NCBI GenBank assembly: GCA_905178155.1
Contig: CAJINV010000001.1
Span: 7,137,794 to 7,201,793, forward strand
Origin: Amoebophrya sp. A120
Taxonomy: Eukaryota; Protista; Dinoflagellata
DNA: 64,000 nucleotides
Reading direction: 5' to 3'
Positions within the stretch are counted from its first letter, which is position 1, and each line of letters opens with the position of its first letter. The notes under the pieces are model-generated. The model was given only the letters and a program-made list of their open reading frames with translations, was not told where the DNA came from and ran no database searches. A program made the translations under genes and the position numbers. Below are positions 1-14,200 of the stretch, in pieces.

Positions 1-3000
1 AGAGCTGGACGCGTTTCAGGGTATAGTTTTTTGGAAAAATTTATCTTTTTCTTCGTCCTCTGTGTGGGATAAAAGAAATCCACAATTATTCGCACAGCTA
101 GAACAAGCCTCTCCCGATTCCAAAATGTTAAAGAAGATCATGCCTTGCAAAATAACTCAAAAACAGACATCTGCGGTATGCTGTTCGTGGAGATGTGGAG
201 TAACGATCGCGAGGGCTTCCCGATGCCTAAGGGCTGCTATTACAGCCGGAAATATCGAGACGCGTCAGAGGGGAACGCAATCAACCTGCAGTGGCGCGAG
301 ATTTCCATCGTCTTTCCCTTCTCGAACGGCCTCAAGCACATTTGCCAGAGCCACGCCAACCAGGCGATCGCGTGTCGGTACCAGCTGGTGTTGAACGCGT
401 ACATTGGCGCGCAGTCCATCCTGGTCGCCAACGACAACCTGGTCGACGTGTACACGAAGTGCCCGCGGTGCGGCGCCAACGGCCGCGACGTGATGTTCGA
501 GCGAGGAATCACCACACTGAATGCCGACTCCCCGACCGGCGGCTCTCTGGCGCCGGGTGACAACACGTCCCCCAACTTGGAGCAGTTCATTGTGCCCAAT
601 CCCGCGACGAGTGCGGTGAAGGACGCCACCTGGGACGTGTTTGATTTGACTTCGAACACCGTGGTGGACGCCCAGCTCGTCGCGGGCGACGGCTTGCAGA
701 GCATCAGTGCGGGGAACTACCTGCGGTTGTACCTCTTCCCGCTTCTGATGTGGGAGGTCCCCACCGCCGCGTGCTCGGTTCTGTGTGTGGATTACACGGT
801 GGCAAACACGGTGTACAAGTGCGGGACGACGGACCAGGTGAACCCCACTTTGGAGGTGGCGATCGCGTCGCTGACGCCGTTCGCGAGGAGGAACTACCTA
901 AAAATCCGCATGCCGGAGACCATGACGGACGTCGTGTCCACCACGATAAAACACGGGATCCAGATCTCCTCACTAGACTTCCCCCCCGGCGGGTTCTTCA
1001 ACGTGCGCATGGGCGTGCAGCTCACGGACTCAGCGGATTTGAAGCCGGTGTACAAACCCTCTACCGGATTGATGTACAAGGCAACCGGGACCGGCGGACA
1101 CACGACCGGGCGGATCGTGATCAACGGCGCCACCGGGTATGGGATCGCCCCCTTTCACTCCGACATCCGGAACGAACTCTACGTGAGGTTGCAATTGGGC
1201 GCGACGCTCTTCCACAACGGCCAGACCGATGCGGCGTATTTGGAGATCAAGGCGCCGTCCGGCACGAACAAGAAGTACCAGGGACGGTGCGAGCAAACCG
1301 CGCCGGCGCCGTCGAACATCCCAAATTTCTTTGACTTCGACCGCGATGGGTACATTGACTACAATCACGGGACACTGGGCACGAGTACGAACGAGGGGAA
1401 GTGGGGTTTCGGCGAGGCTTTGAACTTTTGCAAGTACACACTGTACCCAAACCAAGCGATCTACGCCGGGATGAGCATCTACGTGAAGTTGATCATGGAC
1501 AACCCGACGGAGGCGATGACGAAGCACGACGTGGACAACGTGTGGGGCATCAGGATGGTGTCGCGCGGCGTCGCTGGTACGCCAAGCACGGCCAGACCGA
1601 TGGGAAATCCGAACATCTACCCGTTCAACCCGGCTTACACAAATAACGTGTTGACCGCCGAGGCCACCTACCAGCGCCCCAACGAGCCCAAGCTGTGGTA
1701 CCAGAATGTCGGGGTTGTGTCGCCTCTGGAGCAGCCGGTCTTATCGCCGACGCACTTCAGGCTGTCGACTTCTCTCTATCAAAAGGAAAAATCCCTCCTC
1801 CCCATATCGAAACGAAATTTCTGATGCTGGATTTGGATACACAAATCAGATTTGTGTTGCAGAAAGGCATTGCGGCCAGATCCCCAGGCTAGGTGGGGGC
1901 GTATGGGTCTAGTTGCTCAGCATGGCAAACGGCCCCCCTTTAGGCCCAACAGCATGACAAATCGCCTCCATAATATGGCGGAAGCTTCTGCCCTTGTCTT
2001 CTTGCAAGAGAAATGTGATTTGTGACCTCAAATCAGCAATACAAATTTCCGGAGACATACCTTTTCAATATGGGGAGGGGGGATTTTTCCTCTCAATACT
2101 CTCCGGCCGGAATACAGCGACGTGTACATTTTCTTCAAAATCGTCACTGTGGTTGGCAGGAATGGGTTCATCAAGGTAGACGCGCCCTGCGGGTTCGATT
2201 TCGGGAACCAGGTGATTGGCAAGCCAACCAACTGTGTCACCGGCGGTCTGCCAAGGTACAATTAGTGCGTTTCTTTTCCATTTCGTTCATGTGTGGCATT
2301 CAACATCATGATTAGCTTCAGCTCAAGAGCAGGAAGAATGTCAACAAGTAGACGGAGTGAACAAAACGAAAAAATGAAAACTCTTTTTTCGAACAGGTAC
2401 TACTACGACTACATAGACTCGAACTACGATAGTACCACGAATTTCACCAATGTGCTTTCCTGCACGGCCCAGAACCTGATCCCGCAATGCCCGGCCCCCG
2501 GACCGTACAACCGCGCCGTGCTCAACATTGGAGACAGCATGGGCCAGAATGCGGACACTGGTCGCATGGCACAGTACGGGTTCAAGCTGAGAGTTTTGCA
2601 CTCGTTAGAACTGCGGTACCCGGCGGACTTCACCATGTGGCAGCTGTTTGTGTCCGACCACGCGGACTTCGTGGTGGATGGAACGAGAGACACCCTGTTT
2701 TTCCAGAAGATATCAAAAGAAGGAAACACGGATGCACGGGTGGACAAGGCCTTCGGTTTGTACGTAACAGACTTCACGAAAGTGCCGACAATAGCGGTGA
2801 CGGTGGAGAATTTAACGCCTGCGACGTTGAAACCGCAGGGGGATAAGGGGACGTACGTGACGCTGAACGGGTTGCGACTGATGTACGACGTGTACGGTGT
2901 CGGATTCAGGTTCATCTCCCCCCTCGGCTTTCGGTGGACGACCGAGCCCGGGCCGGTGTTTTTCAATCGCCCGCGCGGGTCCTCGGTCGTCGGAACGCAA

Positions 3001-6000
3001 AACATCTGGCCCTGCGAAAACCTGCAGATTTTGATGTTCACCCAAGTGACCTGGCAAAACTGCCAGTTCAACGGGATGACCACATACGGTTTCTCGATGG
3101 AAGCCACCGTCCCGGACCTGTCGCCCGTGTACTCGTCCAACAGCTTCTACATCGAACTCGGGTACCTGGGGACGCAGGTGACCAACAGCTCGGCCAATGA
3201 CACCTATCGGTATACTTGCTTTTTTGCACCTTGTAGGGGTTTTTGACTTTTTGCATGATATTAGATCTAAGCACTGCTGCGCCGGCGTGTTTTAGTGCTG
3301 GCTGAAAATGAAATTGAAGAACTGCTGCAACTGCACGAAAAACATTATCAGGTACAACGCGATGCCATACGACGCTCCTTTGGTGCGCGCGCTACGAAAC
3401 ACGCGGTTCCACTACCGAACAGCCAGGGCGAACTCCGATAATGTGATCACCATCGAGTTTCGTTTGATTACCCCGCTGGTGGCGAATGAAGAAGCCTTGG
3501 TCATCGAGGGAAAAGGGAAGAACGCGCTCTTCGATTTCAAATGCGACCGCCGGGAGCACGACAACACCGGCGTTGCGTACACGATCATCGAGCAAAAGAT
3601 CTTTCCGCACGCGCCGCCCGACTTCACCAACTTCCCCCACGGGTACGGGTGCAAGGACGACCGTACCGGTTTCCTGTACCTGTACGTGAACACGACGGCG
3701 GCACCCCAGGGCATGTCGCCGAACTTCGAGAGCGGATACTACAAGATGGACCTGATGATCACGAACGTTCCCCCAAACGAGTCCCCCGACACGTGGAGTT
3801 TTGGAACGTTCAAAAATGGTCTCCCGCAGGAGGTCCAGGGCGGGCCGGTCATCACCCCGGAGACCATCGACGCCGCGGCGGTGGCGCCGGGGTTTTCGAT
3901 CTACGACGAAATGACCAAGGGGCTGCTGGTAAAGTTCGCGGATGCAGAGTTGGAAGCCGACGTAAGGGAGGGAACTGGGCGGGACGACAGGCCGGGTTAC
4001 GTTCCCGACGCCCCGCAGAAGAATCAGCTGATCTTCCGGTTCCAAATGAAAAACGCGCCGAACGTGAAGATAGACGGTGGCTTCGTGCTCAAGGGTCCAG
4101 ACGGATTCGTCTTCGCCAACGACTGCACTGACAAGATTATCGTGGACAAGAATAGGGTACTGATTCTTCGTGTTAGCTTTGTTCAGACAGAAATCAATGC
4201 TGCAAAAATTTTACGTTTTGCTATCAATCTGGTGCTTGATGTTGACCATGGCCGACCACAAACAAACGGAAACTTTGTGCGATGCCTTTTAGCGTTTTGT
4301 CTTCAAAATCCTATAACAACAACCTCCTCAGGTCTTCGGAGAGCACAGCGGGCTCGGACTTGTTTGTCAGCCAGACTACCTGACGAACTGCGCACCCATG
4401 GTTCCATGTGCCGCCAGTTTGAACAACCCAAGGTGTCGTGCTGCCAAGATGAACGCGAACCAGATTTACGGGGGTTACGCGATCACCGAATGGCCCGCAG
4501 GCAAGGAGCCGGAGGTCTGCAACGGTTTTGGGAATGTCGCACGGATGACCATTCCGGTCGGGCTAGACGATAGTCTGGACTACGTGTTCAGGATCGAGAT
4601 TGAGTCCAACCCGCCGAAGACCCCAAATCCCAACTTCTGGAGCATTGAATACAGTGGTGAGTCGTCGACCTTGTTTGAATCCTTTGTCCTGCAGACCGTC
4701 ACGGGTTTGACCGTCTCGCAGGTCAGCCGCGCGGTCAGATCAGCGAACCTCGCCGAGAGCTTCAAGAACCCGGTGGAGTTCACGTTTCAGCCGTTCCAGA
4801 CCGTGCCGAAAAGGGACGAGAACGATCCGTATGGCGGAACCATCACGGTCGAAGCGCCAACCGGCTACGACTTCGTGTCGGAGACCGCGAGCAGGAGGGT
4901 TCTTCGCGATGGCACGCCGGTTTCGAAGTACGACAAGAAACGGCTCTTGAGCACCATCAAGAAGCTGCGGGAGCGTAGAAGACTGACGCGGAGGCGGGAA
5001 CGCGCAAGAATGCTCGCCCAAGTGACCGAGGTGGAATCGGAAGACAATGAAAATCAGGGACTCGCACAGGACCTAGCCGCGTGGGAAAGGAAAGAGATCT
5101 ACGCGAAGGGGCGCGCGCCGCCACTGCCGATGTACACGGACAACGGAAAAATTCTGCCAAACCTGATCGCTGACCTCTACAAAAGACAACCGCCAGCGGC
5201 GCACTTGACGTTGCCAAGGAGAGCGCTGCAGGACAAGAAGAAAAGTGCAACTTCAACAAGAGTGGTTCAAAAAGGTCCTTACTGGTACAGCGAAGACACG
5301 TTTGACGAGGAAGACAGACAACTTCTGGACGACGAGCTCGCGCGGGAAGCGGCGTTCTACAAGCAACTCTACAACATTGACTTCCCAAAGACGCACAAGG
5401 AAATGCAGAACTCCGGCTTGATGACCACCCGCATGATCAACACCGCCGAGGAAGCGCAAGAACAGATGTTCCCGCTGCGGAGGCTCGTGACCAACCGGTG
5501 CAACTTGAGTCTGAAGACCGTGGATCGCACCACCATCATGGTCCCCGGCGTGGATGTGGACTGCGAGATCCTCGCCAACGGAAAGCTGCAGGCGAGAGTC
5601 CTCTCCGTCGAGAAGGAACTGACCCCGGCAAAGGTGTGGGAGCTGATCGTGTACGTATACAACCGAGCCAACATCGTCACGCCCGATACCGGGACCGGCG
5701 ACTTTGAAATCAGGACCTTCGACAAAACCATGACGCTGTTGGATCTGGCGCGCATTCCCGGTTTCGACGTCATCAACATCATCAACCTGTGGCAAGTGCA
5801 CAACAAGGCGGGCGTGTACAACGGAATGGAGTCCGTGCCGGGCGTTGAGTTCGTCGTATCCCTTCCGGACGCGCTGAACCCTGCGGATAGAATCGAAATC
5901 CACGCGCCCTTGGGCTTCACGCTGCGCGATCAGGGTGGGTCGAACGCCTGCAACAACTTCCAGTGGGCTTCGGGGTACTTTTTTTGGCATGTTTTGGTTT

Positions 6001-9000
6001 TGCTATCGCATTTTTTTATGTTTTTGTTCGTACCAGCAGCAGCAGTCCCAGACCCAGTCAGTGAGGCTGAGGATATCATGCAACCAAAGTAAGTGGAGGC
6101 AGCGCCGTGGCTGGTTTCTTTTAAGCGTCCCGATGAACCTTAGAACGAAGTCATGATCGAAAGACATCGAACTGCAAAAAATTTCGCTACAGTCCTCCGG
6201 GTCCTTTTCCCACCTCCGTGTCTGAGCTGTGCGGTTGCAATTTCGAGCTAAACGGGAAGGAACGTTGCGGCCTCGAGTTTGACTTCAGGTCGGTAGCTGC
6301 GGGAACGCCGCTGCCGCCGGCAAACTTCGAGTTGCGGTTCTCCGTGGACACGTCGAATCCTGAGCAAGTTGATTCGGAAATCGGCAACCATTGGGTCGTC
6401 TTCCACAAGCGCGGAACCGAAACTGGCAACATCGGAGGTGTGCCGACCTTCAGTTACACAACAAGGTAAAAAGAAATGAACTCAAGATGTTAGTAGACCT
6501 AGAGTGTGTGTTTCGCTTTTCTCGGTCCGATGGTGTTTCTCTTGGCGGACGCATGTACTACGACGACACTAGACAAAAGAAAGAGCTGCGTCATTTTCAT
6601 ACATTACACTGTTCAGGTCCACACACGCTTACAAGTCTTGGGTGGTGCGTCCGCAGCTGCAAAACGTCGTCATTGACATTGTGGGTTCCAGAAAAGCCGC
6701 GGAGAGTTACACGAACATCACGATCGCCTTTGTCCCCGTGCAGAATGCGGTCACGATGCTCGCCGAAGTGGTGTCCCCGCCGGGCTTCAAATTTGACACC
6801 TGTGCGGTGAAGCAGCCGCAGGTCAAGGACCCGGTAGCCACCGCGGGAAACATCCTCGTCGTGAACAGTATGGGCGTGCAGGCCGGCGTTGCGAACAAGG
6901 CCGTGCTGATCACTTCTGTGCGGCTGGGTGAGCTCGGGGGGCAAACCCGGTGGAACATCCGGACCTACATCAACGAGCTGGTGAACGGGCTGCCGCAGGT
7001 CCCGCAGGATCTGATGGACGAGAGGTTGAACGTGCCGGGTTTCATCATGCCTGGAAAGTTGCAAGTGCTGGAGAACCCGCCAAAACGGCTGGAGTCGGAC
7101 TACTATTCCTCTTCCTCCGTTTACCCGACCATGAGCCAGTTCCCGGCGCGGGAGTCCGAGCTGAACACGGCAGAAATCTCCTTCCGCACAACCCAAACGG
7201 TCTACGCGGGTGGTTACATCTACATCACTTGCCAGGGCCCGCAGGCGTACACTCTGGACCGGGAAGCGTTCTCGATCTCCGGGGGAAGCAACATCATCGA
7301 CGTCAACGACCAGATCGTGATTTTGAACCCGGCGACCGGCGGGCTCGAGGTGCAGCTGCACGCGTCAAAACCGCCAGCGGAAGCAGTAAGGAAATTTTTG
7401 TTGAATCGTGATTGGAACATTTAGAGCTGGTGATGAGTTGATGAGTTGTACTTTTGTCAGAAGTTCAAGTTTTCGACAAACCGAAAATGTTGAAAATGAA
7501 AAAATCGAATCAACAAAAACAGGTGATCAACGCGAACGAGATTTACAAGGTTCGATTTCGAGTGACACCGAAGAAGGGTCAGTCCAATTGGAAGATTGAG
7601 ACCTTTGCGCTGAACAACTTCGCGCTGCCATCGAACACCAACGACGGCGAGGAGGGTCCGTTCGATCCGGTATTCCGGATCGGGGTCACGATTTTAGTCG
7701 TGAACGACCGTAGGCCGCCGTTGGCTGTGATCACACTGAAGGTGCGCGTCGTGTCCGGAAATGCGTCCGTGAAGCAAGTCGTGTTGATAGCGCCACCGAC
7801 CTTCGATTTCCCGCAGGACTGCGGCACCAACTGCGAGCCCTACGTCGTGTACCAGTGCGGCCCTGGCTGTCCGGGAAGAAAATCCGTGCGCATCTTTTCG
7901 CCGGATCCAAATCTGGACCTGACGCTGGCCACGCTGAACGAGATGCAAATCAAGACGATCACGCCGGCAGTGACCCCTGCGGCGAGCAGTTGGTTTGTGC
8001 AAACCATGTCCGGCAGTCTCAGCGGCGGCTTCCGCGTGACCGGGTGGGAGAGATACTCCGGCTTCAACATCCGGCAGATGACGCCCATCAAGCTGTGGTA
8101 CCCGCAGCGGCGCGGACTGCAGGGGGCGAACTTCGCGTTCACGTTCTACGTGGCGGTGAACGGAGGGAGGATCATAAACGTGGTGCCCCCGGTGCTGTAC
8201 GAAGTGTACTGCAGCACCATGCCGTCGACGGGCGCGCCGGCCTTCTTCCAGGTCAGTCTGCCGGGGGGGAAGCCGGGTTGCGTCGACAGCCCGCTGGCGT
8301 TGACGCTCACCGAGGCGCTGAAGGGAGAGACCACGTACAGCTTCATTATCGGCGGCGACGTGCCCACGCAGGACGCGCAGTCCGGGGTGACGCAGGAATT
8401 TGCGCTGGTGGTTCGCGCGGCCGACGGGGAAGTGTTGGACGGCAGCAGCAAGATTCCGATCAGGCTACCATTAACCCTGACGATGGCCAGCCGGGCTACG
8501 CTCAACTGGCCCGGAGCGCCAGTGGAGGGGACGAGACAGCTGGTATTTTTTTACGTCACGATGGAGCTGCTCTTTTCCTGCTGTCGCAGGAACTAGTACT
8601 GGAAGACGTAATCCACCTGAAAGTTCTTGCCATCCAGGTCCATGGAATAAATAGCTAGAACTAGAAGTTGTCAAGTCAGGATCATTGCGTACATGAAGAT
8701 CATGTTTTGTATCCATTTTTTTCACACGACCAGGTTCACATTGGGCTCGACTTCGACTTCGACTTGCCGATGGAGGCCATCCTTGTGACGCTTCCGCCGG
8801 GGATCACGCCTGATTTCTCGAAGGAATTGGTTGAGCGTATCAAAATGAAAAATCCCCCCTCCCCATACTAAAAAGGCAAACGCCTGAAAATTTGCGATGC
8901 TGATTTGTGACCACAAATCGTCTCTGTATTGCACGAAGGCAACCCCAGAGACTCCGCTGCGTTGTGCAGGCAGTTTGTAATGCTGTATCGCCTGCCGAGG

Positions 9001-9876
9001 ATGTGCCTGCCTTGCTAGGTGCCTACGCCAAAACGCCCCTCCTCAGGCTGCGTGCCTGGCTGCAGTCCTCTACTGCAACACAGAGCCGATTTGTGTGCCC
9101 AAATCCCGCATCACAGATTTCCATTTTGATATGGGGTGGGGGGATTTTTCATTTTGATAGAGCGGAAGAGGGACGTGAAGAATCTGAACAAATTGTTCCC
9201 GGTCGCCACCTATGGATTGCAAAAATGTCTGGGTCTGGAAGATTGCGAGATTTGTCATGCTGATCTGGCATGGCCATTAAATCTGTATTGCGTGGCCACA
9301 AACAGCCTCTCTCGCCTGTCATGCAAAAACGCAGTTTCTCACGCGGAATACGCAGCACAGAAGCACGAAGCAACTTGTCATGCGTAGCGGCGCATTACAG
9401 TGCATTTTTTATTGACTGAATTGCATCACAAATTTCCAGACCCAGACATTTTTACATTTGATACCACCGCAGACCAGTGGATCGAGTTTAGTGCGCGCAA
9501 CGAATACCCGGCATTCGTGAAAATTCTCACGGACGAGGCCGCCGGGCTAGTCATCGCGCAGGGGCGGTACAAGTTTGAGTTTTACGTCCAGTTACCGGTC
9601 GGAGATTTACCAAGCGAAAACATCTGGTACGTTTCCCTATGCGCCGCGCGACAGTGCCGCAGCATCCGCGACGAACCGGCGTCCGCTATCCCGCTCACGT
9701 TCCCCATCCCAGGGTTCAACTTCGGCGAAAGCAGCGACAAAGTTCTGTACCCGTCGTCTAGTCGACAAAAGGCGGTACTGGGGTTGCTCCCAGCGTGGGC
9801 GCTGGTGTTTGCCCTAGTTTTCACCCAGCTTTTCGCCGGCGTGATTGCGGAGGGAGGCTTCTTCAGGCGGGATTGA
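1..9876 (+). CDS. Very large multi-exon protein of unknown function (5' end outside window), beta-rich ectodomain with C-terminal hydrophobic anchor
   Basis: ORFs 145-1824, 2293-3246, 3308-4573, 4398-6092, 6218-6469, 6642-7424, 7454-8596, 8668-8871 and 9400-9876 can be joined into one gene. Approximate GT-AG introns: 21-166, 2256-2396, 3210-3351, 4157-4331, ~5975-6192, 6466-6616, 7386-7522, 8543-8733. Three introners also interrupt it. Ends AVLGLLPAWALVFALVFTQLFAGVIAEGGFFRRD*. Confidence 0.8.
1777..2098. mobile_element. Introner family A copy 1 (322 bp TIR element, 5-bp TSD CTCTC)
   Basis: Left TATCAAAAGGAAAAATCCCTCCTCCCCATATCGAAA is the near reverse complement of right TTTCAATATGGGGAGGGGGGATTTTTCCTCTCAATA. 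CTCTC flanks both sides. Removing element + one TSD gives ...RLSTSL|RPEYSDVYIFFK in frame. Confidence 0.93.
8838..9159. mobile_element. Introner family A copy 2 (322 bp, TSD GAGCG), inverted relative to copy 1
   Basis: TIRs TATCAAAATGAAAAATCCCCCCTCCCCATA / TATGGGGTGGGGGGATTTTTCATTTTGATA. GAGCG on both sides. Removal gives KELVER|KRDVKNLNK. Its reverse complement aligns colinearly with 1777-2098. Confidence 0.93.
9211..9463. mobile_element. Introner family B copy 1 (253 bp, TSD CCACC)
   Basis: TIR core AAAAATGTCTGGGTCTGGAA / TTCCAGACCCAGACATTTTT with TAT...ATA ends. CCACC flanks. Removal gives LFPVAT|ADQWIEFS in frame. Confidence 0.93.
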
Positions 9877-11217
9877 AGCTGGCTCAGCATTTACCTATCA
9901 CACAAAAGATCTTCCCCCAAAAACTTGTATGAAGACCTTGAAAGATGCGTATCTTGTTCTTATTCTCGCATCTATTCCAGTAGCGACCTCCCATCAACAC
10001 AGTTGATTTTCTCAAGTAAAGTAACAGGAAACCTCGGTTTCTCTACAGTGGAATTTATACTCTTTGCAATACTCTGAATGGAACTATACTTGTCTATACT
10101 AGTAGTACCAGGAACGATAGCAATACTCACTCTTACAGAATTCGAATATAGCGATACCAGAGGCGGAAGGTCTCTGTCTACTGCTACTGCACACCATTTA
10201 TCTCTTGCTTCGCAATGGGAGCATCAGCGAACTGCTTTCTGGGGAGAGAGAAAGAGAGCAGCGAGCAGAGACGCGTGGTGATGACTAGTAGAAAAAGAGC
10301 TTTGTTTCTGAATACTCTTGCAAATAATGGATTGAATACATCCCTTTACAGTTTGAAATCTCTTGCATTTTGTTGGAACGGATAGCGTCGGACACAGGTT
10401 ACCGTGGTGCAGACAACGAGGCGCTTTATCCCGATTTCTATCATTTGCCGTAAAGAACTCAAAACTGTGTAGTCTACCCATTTCCAACTCTTGTGTCTTG
10501 CGTGAAGAACGGAAAATGCGATGACAGTTACCCAAAGATTTGCATGAGCTTGTCGTGCTATCAAATTCTTGTCCTGAACGGGCGAAAAGAGTCGTGCAAA
10601 GAGCCGACTAATTCTTGCTTTTCAGCAAAGAAAAGTGTTACGCTACTCTTCCTTGCAATTCCAGGAGCTGCTCAGGACGGAAAGTGTGGCACTGAGTTGC
10701 TGCAGGCAGCTTAAAAAGAAGATAAGATATCGGTGCAACGTCGGTCTGACTCAGAATCATTGAGGAGAAGAAGTGCATGTCAAAAATTCGAGACTGTAGT
10801 CGAATCTTGTTGTGGTCCATTGTGCTGTCACCCATGAGACTCTAGCAGGTTGACGTCTCACGTCCTCTATCTGTGCGCCCCCCTGCTGATGTGTAGTCCC
10901 TTTATGACCTATTCATCTCATCAGTTTCCGCATAATTCTAGTACTATGTAAGAAAGAAGTCTTTCTTGTTGTCGCCAGCACTTCTGCTAGAGTTTCGTTT
11001 CTAAACTTTGACTTTTGCTTTGTTACAAGGAATCAATCCCCTCAGTAAGCGCCGAGCAGCGCCTGAGCGTCGCTGCTTGTTTGTGTCTTCTGAGAGATGA
11101 CGTCTTTTTTTTTCGGAGTGGCACTGGTACTGAGAGAACCGATGTTGCGCTTTGCCCGATAGGCTGCTTGGTGCAGATTTACATCTAATGATAACGGTTT
11201 CCTAAATACCAAACATA

Positions 11218-14200
11218 ATGACCACACCCGGGATGAAACAAGTCGGCGTATTCAAGGCGACAGCAGCTGCCGTTCTTGGCATGCTTCTTGTGATTGTTTT
11301 ACTCGTTTTTGGCCCACGACCGCTTAAATCAGCAAATCGCATCGACAGGCCCGCTGCGGAATCTACGCTGCCAGGCACGGTGCAGGCAAACGGCGAAAAA
11401 GGCAGTGTGTTTGACGAGCTTTGCAGCGATGCGAGAATACACTGCCCGCCGTTCGAAACGAAAGTTTCGATCGGTGTGTGCGAAACCGCGCGCAGGCTAT
11501 TAGAAGAGCATCGAAAGAATCCACACAGAATTGACAAGCCACCAGGATGGCCAGAGCTCACAGCACCGGCAAGCAGTGCGAGCAGTTCGGTAGAAGCAGC
11601 TGGGGTAGCAAGAAGGGCAACAGCATCGAGCGTGTTATTCAGTGCTGCAGATGTTGACAAAAGATCAGAGCATGCTGAAAGTGCGAGCATACGGTGGAAC
11701 ACGGAGGGAAATGTTCAGATATCAGGCTTCGCGTGGCGGTTGCGGGGCCGAGAAAGCAATAGCGAGCAAATGCAAGCCTCAGATGTGGCGGGAGTTCATA
11801 ACCTAGCTGGGAGTCCTTCTCGCCAACTCCAAACCGCGGGCAGTTCCTCAAGTTCGGAAACGACTGCATCGACAGGAGACACGTCGCAGCCAATCTCGTA
11901 CACGCGCCAGAATGTCACCTTTTACCTCAACAACACCATTTCAGGCAGGGTGGAGCAGGATACCCTCCCGCTGCTCACCAGGGGGCGCTGGGTCACGGAC
12001 TCGCAAAACAACCGGGTGAATCTCCGGTAAGAAAGACGTTGCTTCGAGTGCTACTTAAGGAAAGCATACGCATATTATAAGTTTCTTTCTCTTTGACATT
12101 TCTAGTCGTGATCATCACTCTTTCTCCCTGAGTCGCGTTGTTCAACAACACCAGGTGCGTGAACTGGTACGGGCCGCACATGGGGCACGCGCACGTGAAC
12201 GGGCTCAACGCGCAACCGCTGGACGTGATCGCGCAAATCATCGTGGAGGCCGATTTCAACTGCGTGCGCCTGACCTACTCCCTCGACTTGGTGTACAACC
12301 AGACCCGCATCGGGAACCCATCGGACCAACTGGCCAAGAACCGCGAGCTGTGGGACCTGTCCCCGATGCAGATTTTCGACCGCACCGTGGAAGCGCTGAC
12401 GAGAAAGAAGATCATGGTGTTCCTGAACAATCACATATCCTCCGCCGGCTGGTGCTGCGACAACGACGACGGCGAGGGGTTGTGGTACACGCAGAAGTAC
12501 AGCGAGCGGGACTGGATCAACGGGCTGCTGCTGCTTTCGCAACGCTACGCAAACAACCGCTACGTGGTCGGCCACGACATACGGAACGAGATCCGGCCCA
12601 GCATGGGCAAGGACCCCGTGTGGTTCTCGAAGGACCGGTTCGAGGCCTGGGCGCCGGCGGCGCTGCGCGCGAGCCTGGAAATGAAGAAGGCGGTGCCCCA
12701 CCAGCTGATCATCGTGTCCGCGCTGTACTACGGCATGTTTATGTGCGACGTGGACGAATTCCCCGTGCACGAGCTGGTTCCCGGGTCGATCGTGTATGCC
12801 GCCCACGCCTACAAGTGGTACTCCATCCGGTGGCACGTGCGGACCATGATCGAGGTGTATTTGTCCTCCTTCGTGGCGTTTCTGGTGTTGTCCTGGATGT
12901 TCGTGCTCTACCTCGGACTGCAAACGCGCTACTGCCCCAACAACTGCTTTACGAGGCTGTTGACGCGCTCGTTGCGGTTCTGCTGCAAGCGGCGGAGACG
13001 ACTGGGAGCGTCGTCGCGCCGCAGCGACCGAACCAGCAAAATGTCGACCCCGAGCAACTACGATGCTGGGGACGCGGAAAATAAAAATGTGGATGGAGTG
13101 CTGGAGAGGTACAAATGCATGCTGTGTTTTTCTGATGCGGAACTGAGAGCGGATTTTAGAGATATCCAATCGAAGAAGTTTGTTTTCGCACGGCGCGAAA
13201 AAAAAGAAATCGAAACACGAATATCGGAAAAATGATTCTACTTTCAGGTGTTGCCACTTCATAAAGTACAATCGCGTTGTGTCTCTTGCGGGCTTCTTGA
13301 CCTTTTCCGTCCCCATCATGGCGTGGACCAGTGCGATTGTAGGCGAGATTTGTTCGATCCACGCGCGTGCCACTGCGATGGTGCTCTTCATTTTCGCGAG
13401 CGCCGTTGCTGGTGTATCAGCGCTGCTCTGGTTTGTCGTGTTCGTCCGCGGCATGATCGAATACGGACCGCTACTGAATGAGGAAGCAAGCACCTCGCGC
13501 CTGCGCCAGCTGCTGCAAAGTCCGAACTCCCCGACCGGGGCGAACGCGGACAGCGGGGCCGAAGGGTCCGACAGCGAGCACTCCAGTCAGCACAACCTGT
13601 CCATGCTGCGTTCGCCGTTGGAGATGGTGAAACAGGAGCGCAGACGGGAGAAGCGGTGGTCCCGTAAATTGAAGCGGCGCGAGAGGAGGCGACTCCGGCG
13701 CGAGGCAGCGTCCCGGGGGGAGATCTTGCTCAGTCCGGAGATCAGCAGCAGTGAGGACGACTCCAGCGACGAGGAGGGTTGGCGGCATTCCTCTGCCGAG
13801 CTCGATGTGTATCCGCGACCGATGGTTGGTGCCCCGGTCAGCGGTACCTACTCGCGCGGCTCGCCGCTGTATCCACCACCCACCAGCAGCGGCGGCAGCT
13901 CGTTCCTGGCCACCGCTTTCAGCGACCAGAAGCCGCTCACGACGGGCCGCAGTGTGCGCGGAGCACCAAAACCGTCAAAGGTTGTACTAAATCAGCAGCG
14001 CGGCATCACCCCGCCATCCACGCGCTCCAGCAGCTTTACCGAGCAAACGGCACTGCAGCAACACCGGGGCGGAACACGAAGCGGGAGGCTGCTGCAGCCT
14101 GCGCCGGTTGGCGGGCCGCGAATCCGCGGTCGCAGCACGCCGCTGCAGCGCGCCCTGAACGCGCCGCCCTTGCACCGCGACATCTCCGGACAGCAAACGA

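Noticed and set aside
9211-9463. Family B copy 1 being inverted relative to other B copies
   Set aside because: Its left subterminal region resembles the others' right end, but the interior appears to run in the same direction. The orientation claim is made only for family A.
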